From: Schizochytrium sp. TIO01
Lineage: Eukaryota > Protista > Bigyra: Labyrinthulomycetes
Reading direction: 5' to 3'
Assembly: GCA_004764695.1 (NCBI GenBank)
Contig: SMSO01000025.1
Location: 3,782,001-3,846,000 of the forward strand
Length of the DNA: 64,000 nt
Part shown: positions 46,200 through 56,789 of the stretch, piece by piece
Layout of the letters: each line of letters begins with the position of its first letter
How positions within the stretch are numbered: the stretch's first letter is position 1
The notes under the pieces: generated by a model
Database searches by the model: none
Told to the model about the DNA's origin: nothing
What the model saw: only the letters and a program-made list of their open reading frames with translations
Position numbers and translations under genes: made by a program

Positions 46200-47132
46200 A
46201 TGTGCATTGGATTCGTGTACGTGGGCGAGTCCAGCTCGCCATATAAGTACATCATTGGAGCCAACCGAGACGAGTTTCTGGACAGGCCGTGTACTTCTGC
46301 TCACTGCTGGAATGATCCTCGTTCAGGCCATGGATACACATTTGCGGGGCAAGATTTGACTGCATTTGGAACGTGGCTAGGAGTGCGGGCCCAGCTGCTC
46401 AAAAAGCCCGGTGAACAAAGCCTTTTGGGCCCGCAGCCCAAACCAGGTAACTGTGAGGTTGATTTTCGATTTGGGCTCATCACAAACTTTCGTGAGGGCT
46501 CTGTGGCGAAGGACGAAAGCTTGCCATCGCGGGGGGACTTCATTAAAGACTTTCTAAACGAGAAAAATCGCCTGGATGCTCAAGCTGAATGTGAGAAGAT
46601 TGCAGACAACGGACATAAGTATGCCGGATTCAATCTGATTCTCGCTGACAAAGATGGGATGTACTACATTACGAACCGTGGTAAAACGCACCACCCTGTA
46701 TCCCTGGAAACGGGTGTGCATGGGTTGTCAAATGGCACGCTTGACGATGACTGGCCAAAGGTTGTTGACGGCAAACGTATGTTTGAGGAGGCCATAGAAG
46801 AGCATATCTCCAAGGGTGGGCGCATGGCGGTCACTGGCGAGGGCATTTTGATTGACAAGATCTTTCGAATTATGAGCGATGAGAAGGAGCGTGGCATCAC
46901 TCAAGTCTCCAAGGGCTTCACTCGCGACATTGAAATGCAGCAATCTGGTATTTATGTGAAGCAATTCCCGAATCGTCTCCCAAATGGATCCACAAGTTTT
47001 TATGGTACAAGAAGTACTGCAGTCATTATTATCCGACGCGATGGAACCATTACTTACAACGAAAAGTATTGCTCAGAGACACAAAATGCTACATGGAAGG
47101 TTGATCGCTTTGACCTTATTTGTAAGCCTTAG
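46200..47132 (+). CDS. TANGO2: TANGO2/NRDE family protein, 310 aa
   Basis: Starts MCI (ATG 46200), then GANRDEFLDRP, GTWLGV, LITNFRE, SRG, YAGFNLI, HGLSNGTLDDDWPKV and YGTRSTAVIII. Confidence 0.92.
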   Translation: MCIGFVYVGESSSPYKYIIGANRDEFLDRPCTSAHCWNDPRSGHGYTFAGQDLTAFGTWLGVRAQLLKKPGEQSLLGPQPKPGNCEVDFRFGLITNFREGSVAKDESLPSRGDFIKDFLNEKNRLDAQAECEKIADNGHKYAGFNLILADKDGMYYITNRGKTHHPVSLETGVHGLSNGTLDDDWPKVVDGKRMFEEAIEEHISKGGRMAVTGEGILIDKIFRIMSDEKERGITQVSKGFTRDIEMQQSGIYVKQFPNRLPNGSTSFYGTRSTAVIIIRRDGTITYNEKYCSETQNATWKVDRFDLICKP

Positions 47133-47674
47133 AAAGCTATCTAAAAGGGCAGGCCTTTATTTTAATGACAACGCACTTGACGGTTTTCGCTGTTTCTATG
47201 TGCAGACCTCTGTTAGATTCAATGACTAAACAACTCTCCCCTTCGTGTTAGTGAATACAACAACCTTTGAAAACCAGTAAGGCACAAACTAATTTATTAT
47301 GAAGTTTTTTTTTTTTTGAGCCACAGGCAAAAAACGGTTGGTGTTATAGAACACAGCCCTAAAGTGTGTTCATATCCAAAGGCGGTAAGAAAACAACAGG
47401 TTTCTAGTTGTAGCTGAAAATATGTGATTTGAATAAAGTACGATGTTCAACGTATGGCTTCACGCGTGGATACTTTCCTCGTGCACCTCGGGTTCTGTCA
47501 TACCAATAAGAAAAATGCAAAATCTAGCTAGACACAGAGTGCAAATAAATGCTTCGGCTATGGCGGCCGCAATCATCTGCAAATAAATTTTACCAAACAG
47601 AGGCGTTGAAAGAGGCTCAAAGAAGTGCGTAAGCTGCAACGCATATTTTTTTCTATGTGTGTCATCGATTGTGT

Positions 47675-49506
47675 TTACTGGCCAAACTTGGAGAACAATT
47701 CTTGGCCTGCGTGCCAAGTGCCAATCACGCCGAGGATTGAGCCAACAATGATAACAAAAATATCCACTGCTGCGGCGAACTTGGAGATTTGATCACCATA
47801 AAGCTTCAAGTGAAAATATGCTGGCAGAATTAGAGCAAGGAGGGCACATGCGCCCGCGCCAACGAGCGAGATAAAATCACCAAAGTTAGGGATACCAATG
47901 GCAATGAAGACAGCGCCAAATACCACAATTACTCGAACTAAACTTTTGACCCATTGAGACCGACCAGACAGAACAGAGGAGCTTTCGATAATCTATGATG
48001 TGTTGCAAAGGATTCAATAAAACGGTAGAAGAAATATGATCACCCACCCATACCACACACGCATTGGAATAAGGCAAATGTTAGTCTTTTGATACAAAAG
48101 GAGCAGATTGTCATCATTTGAGATGATGTTCCTATCAATGAAACAAGTCATGTGCTTATGATGGATAAACTTACCGTATAGACAGGGAGCATCATGAGCG
48201 GGAAGGTAAAGAAAAGGCCTGTCGAAAGTGCAACCTTGACTATCTTTGTCGGAATACCATCACCGAGATTGAGCGTGATGATTTCTTTTGTACTATCAGC
48301 ATAGGCAATGTAACCAAGTGACCCAAAGACAATATAGACTGAAGTAACCATGGCCATGGTAGTCGCAAGAATGCGACGAAAATGAGGTTTGTTCTGCATT
48401 GACTCATGAATGTTGAGAATAACACCGACACCTTCATAGCAGTAAATAGCCACGCCAAAAAAGTAAGGGAGATTAGCGAAAACAACCCCAAAAATGACAT
48501 TGCTCAAGGCATTTTCCATATGGAGTTCGTGCTCATGAAAGACCTCTACGTCAAAAGAGATAACTACGAGCATGCCGATAATGTTAGCTACATCTGCCAC
48601 GAGCGCAAATGGAGAAAGGTTCTTGATATGGCGATAAAGAGCGAGCAGTGAGAGACCAGGAATCGTGAGCAAGATGATAGTACTGTTGCTAAATTCGGGC
48701 ATGACTGTGTGCATATTCTCACCAATAAAAAGGACGTATGCACAACAAAAGGCCACCTGCGTAAGTACAAGTAAGAAGTCAATGATTACAGAGCCGGTGG
48801 GTCCGAGGACGCCGTAAGCAATGTCACCATAACCACGTACCATCTTGCCCTGTTGTTGTAGCTGTATCTTACAGTCCACCAAAAGCATCATGGCATACGT
48901 AGACATTGTGCCAACAAAGCCAACGACCCCGATGGAACCTAGGAGACCTGTTTTCATGAAGGCGTATGGTAAACCAAGCACGCCAGCTCCTACAAAGGAG
49001 ATGAACATGTGGGCCGCTGTGGACCGATCAGAGTTGAGAAGGGTTGTGGGGTTTGCTTCATCAGATGAACCCTTTAACTTCAACATGTCTTTGCCATCCT
49101 TACTACCACCGTCTTGGCTCGCACCATCCGGATCGAGAGCATCCTCTTCGCCATAGCTTTCATAAGAGTCATCATCTCCATCTCCTTTTTCCAGGTCATC
49201 GGGATGCTGGGACCCGCTTTTAGATTGTGATTTCTCGTAGTTGTCAGCAGAGTCAAAGCTGTCTTCATAATCTGAATCCTTTGCCCTAGATTTGTTTTGA
49301 CGCCATGAATCCTTAGTTGAGTTCCAGGACTTCCTAGCTGTGTTGCCGTTTTCATCATTTTCGTTGGCGCTGTCGGAGTTGAGCTTGTGATGCTGTTGAA
49401 CCTGCTCATCCCCGCTGACCTCACGCAACTCCACCCCGTTCTGGCTTCGTTTGCGAGCCGGTCTTCGGGCGTGCTGACCAGGATAGTCTTCCTCCACATC
49501 GAGCAT
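47675..49506 (-). CDS. Amino acid transporter, Aa_trans/AAAP (SLC36/Avt3-like); exons 49506-48175 and 47992-47675; 549 aa
   Basis: HMFISFVGAGVLGLPYAF, FFGVAIYCYEGVGV, GLFFTFPLMMLPVYT|IIE..., IPNFGDFISLVGA...LILPAYFHL. GTAAGT..TAG intron at 47993-48174 keeps the frame. Long acidic N-terminal tail. Confidence 0.93.
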
Positions 49507-52459
49507 GTCGACCCTCCGAAATATCCCTCGCACCAACTTCGAGCACGAGTTTTAATCGCTTTGTTGCGAAGGCGTTCGTGGAGATTGTAAATTGGGTTCA
49601 CGGAAAGTTAAATAGTAAAGAGATCCCTATTTGACTAGAGCGCCACCACGGTCGAAATGATTGGGTAGAATCGCGGTCGCCAAGGTCTATGTGGTCCTCA
49701 GTAGTGGAGTGGACAGGTATCTAAGGAGTGTTTTGGCTCGATGCCACGAGGGTCGTTGCTGTGCAGCAGGGCTTGGCGCGCCAGTCTCCAGCTGTGGCAA
49801 GACTTGCGTGTTTTTGTCAATAGAAGTTGCTCTCGTGCTACTTATACGAGTTCGACGAGTGCACCGCCTCTATCAATTTATGCATACAGAGTTTCATACA
49901 AATTTTATATGGGTCCAATTACCCTTCGTTAATAATAACGATGGTGAGACCAACTTAGAGACTTATCAAATGGTTCAAATGGGTTCACCGTCCCACCTTC
50001 CACAGGAATGATATAATAACTTAGTAGAAGGATAGTAGTAGGTATCTACTCTAACTCCATAGTGAAAGACTAATTGAGGGGTTAGAACGGGGTTATAGTG
50101 TTGTGATAGGAATCAGTACGGTGATGCGCGCATCAGGAGAACAGTTAGAACGATTCTTAGCATCCATTAGGTTAGGCCTAATCTAACAGGTGACCTTGTG
50201 GATCCGACCAAAGATGGCGATTCCATGCCACGTGCATCTTTGTAATGCTCTCGGTCGATCGTGTCTGAGTCGTATCTCGTTTTACATCAGCGGAGGAGAT
50301 TAATGGCTTGATTTGAAAGAGCTGCCTCGATCAACCCTATTGCGCTTCGTGCCCTCTCAAAGCACGATTGCGTTCTCCGATACAAAGTACCTGGGCACTC
50401 ACTCTCTAGAGGTAGGTAGGTGCCTGTGGTTCTCCGTTGGTCATTGACCAGAAACCACCACGAGCGTTATTCTTCGGAGATCCTGGGATATGCTGCTTTC
50501 ACTACCCACCAGCACAGCTTTGTAGACTCATAGGCAAGAATTTGCAAGAAGTATAGGCTCTCCCCTCAAAGTATCTGCTCTATGGATGAATGATAGGTAC
50601 AGGAAAGTCAGCAACAGGGCCCGTTTCTAGATCATTCGAGGGTCCCTCCGGCCGGAGGCTTCACGACTTCGTCGCTGACAGGTCTTGCCTGCAGCAAGAA
50701 TCACGCCCGGCATACTGACTGTGTCGAGGATGGTCGGCTGGCCAGAGCCTGTTCCAAGGTCAGCAGTTCATGGCAGTTTTGCCAGTTCTGGGTCGCGAGC
50801 GAGCTTGAAAATGTAATGCAATGTGATGTAGTGCAATGCAATGCAATGCACTCCTACAGTGCAATCTAATTGCAATTCAACGCAAGGTTCTGAAGCTCTT
50901 GGGGATTTGTCCTCACATCCATCTTGGCAGGAGCTCGTAATGAAATCACTCGCGAACTACGCCGACCGCTGCGGACAAGGCACACTCTCAGAGCGTCGGC
51001 ACCGACCCCGCCGGAGTTCTTCGCGACGAGTGTGCCTAACCAACGTCAGCCCAGCAAGCAGACGGCAGAGCCACCTGGCTAGACACGAGCTCGCCCGATC
51101 GCAACCAATCTGCTGTTCCCGCAACTTGAATGATCCAGAATGTCGGCCGCTCCTGGTCAGCTTGGCATTCATTCATTCATACATTCAATCCCTCATTCAT
51201 TCAATCAATCATTCCACAATCATCATTCATTCCACTGAAAGGAAGGAAGCATCCCAATATCCTCCAGAGCTCTTCCAATCAACGTGCAGTGCTTCGTAGA
51301 CTGCGAAAGATCGCTCGCTGTGCCCTCCGTCGCTCGTGGTCCTCCAGCTTGCCTGCCTGCCTGCCTGCCTGCCTGCTGCTCCGCGTCCTGAGCTCTGAGC
51401 TCTGAGCACTGCGAAGGAAGCGCCGCAAAGTCAGTCAGATTTCTGATCTCAGCGAATTTGAAATCCTGAAGAACGAGAAAGAGAGAAAGAAAGAAAGTCA
51501 AGTCAGAAAAAGAAAAGGCAAGGAAAGCAAAGGAAAGAAAAGCAGGTGGTAGTCGCCGCCTAGCGCGCGCTAGCAGTCGCCTCGCTGGTAGGCAGGCCCT
51601 AGCGCCGCTTAGTAGTGAGTGCATCATCATAGTTTTGTAGGCATCGATCGATCGATCATCAGTGTGGAATTAATTTCTCCATTCGCGCACTTGCGCGACC
51701 ACAGTGAAAAAAAGCAAACTAGACAACAATCGGCCAGACAATCAGTCAGACAATCAAACAGCGAACCTGCCAAGCAGCCACGCCTTGACCGGCCGTTTAA
51801 TCTAAGATAGTCAGTTCGTCGCACTCGGCACAACTTGAAGACAGACTGAGAGCAACCAATTATCTAGAAAGAGAGCGTGCGTGACATTTCCTCGCTTTTG
51901 TGACGGTGCTTAGTTAGCATTGTTTGTTTTTTGCTGCTTTTACTTTGCACTTTTTGGCTGCCTGAATAGGGATAAGCAGGAGCGAGCCATTCATTGGCAG
52001 CCTTTGCCGTGCTTAAACTCGTATCAGACTGTGGAGCGCACGGGGCCTGAGACCTCGACTTGGCGGAGACAGACAGCCGGCCGCCAGACCCATCTGGAGT
52101 TGGCTGCAACATAGAAATTGCTCAGGCTGGCGCGAGCTTTCCCAGCTCGGCAACGTGGGGATAGCTTGGGTGTCTATAGCTCGCGGCGTAAGGCCCGCTT
52201 TTACTAGAACCGCCTGCAATTTGGATTAATCGAGAAGGGTCTCAGCAATCCCTCCGCACGTCCATTCATTCAATCAAATAGACTCGCGACAAGCAATAGG
52301 CTGCACGCACAGAGGAGATTTCCTCACGGTGGATCTCTAGTCAGGCGTCTTGGAGTTAGCGCTTCAGGGTCCTGTCCTCTTTCCTTTTCCAAATTTTGAA
52401 TATCAAACGCACCGTCACTTCTCGTGTCGGATTTGCTACATCCCTCTCTCCATAGCAAT

Positions 52460-53743
52460 ATGTCTGCGCTGCTTAGCTCCGTGTTGCGTCACGCCCGTTC
52501 TTCCAGGCCTGTGTGCCGTTCTTGTGGCGCCTCGTCGTCCTTCCCTCGCCTTTCGGCCTCCTCTTCTGGCAGCCTCGCGGGTGCTGGCATTCCCTCATCA
52601 TCTCCGTTCCAGAGCACAAGCTCATGGCGGCGCGGGTTCCACGGATCTTCCCGCCTTTTGAATAAGGACTACTACGAGGTGCTCGGCGTGTCTCGCGATG
52701 CGGATGACAAGACCATCAAGAAGAAGTACCGTGAGCTCGCCAAAAAGTATCACCCTGACTCTAGTTCCGAGGATAATGCGACCGCGCGGTTCCAGGAGAT
52801 CACACAGGCTTATGAGGTCCTTTCCGACAAGGAGAAGCGACAGGCGTATGACAACTTTGGTCCGAACTTTGAGAACATGGCCGGAGGTGGTGGCGGCGGC
52901 GGCTTCGGTGGTGGCGGCTTTGGTGGCTTCGGTGGCTTTGAGGACTTTTTCTCTGGCGGCTTCGGGCAACAGTCGAGGGGCCCAGGCTCCATGCGTATGG
53001 CAGGTGAGGATCTCGGCGTGCGGGTCAACTTGAGCTTTGAAGAGGCTGTTCGCGGTACTACAAAGACCATCCATTTCCTCGCAGACCAGAAGTGCGGCAC
53101 CTGCAAGGGATCTGGAGCACGTGCAGGCGAGGACCCGGAGTTCAAGACATGCTCAGCATGTAATGGCCAGGGTGTGCGCATGACTATGGTAGGAGGGTTC
53201 ATCCAGGTGCCCACACCGTGTGAGGTTTGCCAGGGTGCTGGAAAGTCCATCAAGAATGAGTGTAACACGTGCCACGGATCAGGCGTGGAGAAGGAGGTGC
53301 GCCAGAGCCTCGATATTGAAGTCCCACCAGGTGTCGACACAGGCATGACCATGACTAGGGCTGGGTCAGGAAATGCAGGTATCAGAGGAGGACCTGCAGG
53401 AAATCTGATTCTGGAGTTTGGGGTTCTGCCGGACCACCACTTCAGACGCCGTGGAGCAGATGTCTACACGGAGTGCAAGGTATCCCTTGCCAAGGCAGTC
53501 ATGGGTGGCAAGGTACCGCTCCGCACACTTGATGGCGAGATCTTGCTCAAGGTCCCTGTCGGAGTGAGCAATGGAGAGACACAACGTCTTCGAAACAGGG
53601 GAATCGCGCAAGTCAACCGCCCGGGCGTACGTGGAGATCACTTCGTCAAGTTTGAGGTTGAGATGCCATCAAACCTCACGGATCGCCAGCGCGAGCTCAT
53701 GGAGGAGTTCGAGAAGGAGGAGGAAAAGAAGGGCAAGAAATAG
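52460..53743 (+). CDS. Type I DnaJ/Hsp40 chaperone, mitochondrial (Mdj1/DNAJA3-like), 427 aa
   Basis: Arg/Ser-rich presequence ending RGFHGSSRLL, J domain KDYYEVLGV...KYHPD, G/F region, four CxxCxGxG repeats and a C-terminal substrate-binding domain. ATG at 52460. Confidence 0.95.
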   Translation: MSALLSSVLRHARSSRPVCRSCGASSSFPRLSASSSGSLAGAGIPSSSPFQSTSSWRRGFHGSSRLLNKDYYEVLGVSRDADDKTIKKKYRELAKKYHPDSSSEDNATARFQEITQAYEVLSDKEKRQAYDNFGPNFENMAGGGGGGGFGGGGFGGFGGFEDFFSGGFGQQSRGPGSMRMAGEDLGVRVNLSFEEAVRGTTKTIHFLADQKCGTCKGSGARAGEDPEFKTCSACNGQGVRMTMVGGFIQVPTPCEVCQGAGKSIKNECNTCHGSGVEKEVRQSLDIEVPPGVDTGMTMTRAGSGNAGIRGGPAGNLILEFGVLPDHHFRRRGADVYTECKVSLAKAVMGGKVPLRTLDGEILLKVPVGVSNGETQRLRNRGIAQVNRPGVRGDHFVKFEVEMPSNLTDRQRELMEEFEKEEEKKGKK

Positions 53744-56700
53744 ATGCCCGCAATCCAATCCACTATTCCAGTCCCGGCCCTCTGCAACCAGCTAGCTAGT
53801 CAGCGAACCGCGTGTTCGAAAGAAAACCAACCCTCATCAACCTCAACAGCAATTATATCTACTACTATTGTCACAGGAATCTCAGCTTTAAAAACATGAA
53901 CCGAAAAAGAAAAAAGCACATCACATCAAAACTCACAACTTACTATTCGTCAAACTATTTTTTCCTCTTTCTTTAATAATTGCCTTCCGTTTTATCTTAC
54001 CAACCCGCTCTTTTTTATTTAGCTGCTCGTAATCTTTAAATCCTGAGATTTATTTAGATAAAAAGCTGTCTCGATGTATTCGTACGCTACAGGTATTTAA
54101 AAAAACCATGTTTCTTATTTCACGTTTTTTAATAGGTTAGGTCACCACATTTTGTAAATATCTTTTCTTGTTCATATCATCTACGGCAATAATTTCAATT
54201 TTGTAAACTTTTAAATTCTCATAAGTATAATGTCGCGATTGTTCCGACGAATTGCTGTGATTTCGAAAAGAAATTAAAAAAACATTTAAAAAAATCAAGA
54301 TGAAAGCATCCTAAAGGTCACAGTGCGGAGTAACATTTAGTCGAAAAATGGGAAAGGGAACAAATCGAACTGATGTCAAACCCGATATCCGCAGCAAGGG
54401 AAGTTTCTAGTTTTGAATGGTTGTACCATGGAACAAAATTGTCACGCTTCCCCATAGATTTGGGGGAATTCGAAGCTCGCTGGAGTCTTGACGAGGGTTA
54501 AGAGTTATATGACCTTTCTTTCTTTCTTTCTTTTTTATTAAAAATAAAAACTTGTTCGTTGTATTGATCTTATGAGAGCAACGCGCTCTCATATCTTCAG
54601 AGGCTGCTGAAAATTTATTGCTTTAGACAAACCTTTGTAATGAACATCTATCAACGTTCGCTTGTATCCTCTCTCATTGAAACTACTAACAACCTAACGG
54701 TTACAATTTATTATCAACTCTTTTCTCTGCATGGACATACTTGAGTCTGCCATACGAAGCGAATTCTTCTCTGATCTTCGCATTCATAGGCTAGTTGAAC
54801 CGGTTTATTTTCTTGTAACCCAATTATTCAATTATCATTCACCGACCTATTTTTCATCTCCACCGGACAAACCCCATACTTTACGTCAGCAGTTGCTTCC
54901 TCTGCCACATTGCTTGTGTCTACTACATGAGATGTTTGCCTAATTCTATAGTATTAATGTATGCAGTTAGGTAGGTACTAGGTACGACTGACTATTGACG
55001 CAAATTAAAAGAGTTCATCGTCAATCAATCTTGAGGAGCTGGCTCGTTCTACACCTCGTCGCATTTTCCCACAATCGCGTATCTAGTTAGTCCAATCATC
55101 TTCGCCATGGCAGTCAGGACTTTATACTTTTCACCTTATACTTAGTTGTATTGCGGCAACACCAGCTCCTCTCCCGCTAGCGCATTGATCCAGCATGAAC
55201 AGTCTCATATGATGCAGCAGGAATAGTTTTTCTACTCAGCTTCTAAAATCTTATCTGACCCCTAGTGCAACCCTATGTTTTGACCAAATAAGAAGGACTT
55301 CAAGTAGTGAGTAAGTACTTTGAGCACCTAGCTACCAAGTTACTTCTGATTTTGAGATTCCTTCTGGTTGCTTCGAGTTGACTTCCTTAAAGTGCTGCGC
55401 CGTACCTACCTAGTAGTACATACTACAAATGAAAAGCGACTTCTCTTTGTTTTTTACTCTTGCTATGCTCCTTTCTAACTTGAGTTTATGCAGACTTGTT
55501 AGTAGTGGTCGCTTAATAATAGATAGATAGATATGTAGGGGCTATCACTGGGGGATTTATAAGGTCGATTCCTACTGTACAATCCAGCCTGAGGCACCCT
55601 GCTTGCTTCAAAGGTGCGGAGCGGGTGCTTTGATTTGGGTAAACCTCAAGCAGAAGAAAAGCTTTGGAGGGTGTAATTGATAGGCCCTCTATGGTTTCTT
55701 TTATCTCAACGAAGTGGCTTTATGAGGTGGCCAACGACTTAGCTTTCGCACACCTCCTTGGACACAGTGCTTCTCTCACAAAACTCATCTATTCCTCTCT
55801 ACGACTACAATCTATATAGTGTCATGAGGCAAATTAAACACTGTGTTCTGTAATAAGAATTATTTGCACATGGCCAGCGGAGATCAAAGTGCCGAAAAGA
55901 GGAAACTTTTATTTACACGCGCTGAGGTTTGCTGGTAAATTGAAAGTGGTGCTGGTGCTGGTGCTGGCGCTGTTGCTTCGTACCTAAGACTGCTGTCGCA
56001 AATACAAAACCAGCCACTTGATCTTAGCTAGGTGGTCATAATCGAGTTGCATCGTTCTCACACTCTAAAAGCTTGAGCTGGAGAAGGAGAGGCATCGATT
56101 GCTGCGGCCAAACACCCTCGCCTACGGGTGTACACTCGCTGCTCATCCTAAGCGACTAAAGGAAACCTTTAAAAACAAGCACGAGTCTTTGAAAGAAGGC
56201 GCACTGGGCTTCGAGAGACATCTGAACACATTTACGTGGTAGCATCAATAGGTATTGCTGCTCCTAAATCTGAAAAAGCTGTGGTGACGCTTGATAACTT
56301 GCTTCAAATTGGTTTACCAGAAGGCTCTCTTCCATAGGTACCACCGAGTTTGAAGCTACTACCTAGTTTCCTGTATCTCTCTCTATCTACCTACCCGCCT
56401 AGGAAACTACTGAGTTTGCAACTTGAGCTGAGCACATCGTGAGCGAGTTTGCAGTACTATTTCTTACTACAAACCCAGATAAGCCTGTGGCGCGTGGCCA
56501 GTCTTGCGCAAGTCGCAGCAGAACCGCTTCACTCGCTCGGCTCGAGTTGCCTTTCGTTGCAGCTTGTTCGAGTGTAGGAAACAACTACTCGTGTACGTAG
56601 GACAGCCGAGGCAAGAATTAGCACATAAGAAGCAGTCACAACCTCAGACTGTTGCTATTCCTTAAATCACGAATCTCCCCTTGCTATTGCGCTGGCGCTT

Positions 56701-56789
56701 TAGAAAGGATTTATTTCTTCGACAAGTATTCAACTATATCGACCGAAAGATTAGTGGATTGATTAATTGATCATCTCACATCTGCAAAG

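Noticed and set aside
52622-53352. Pro/Ala-rich minus-strand ORFs (150 and 180 aa)
   Set aside because: Antisense to the DnaJ G/F-rich region.
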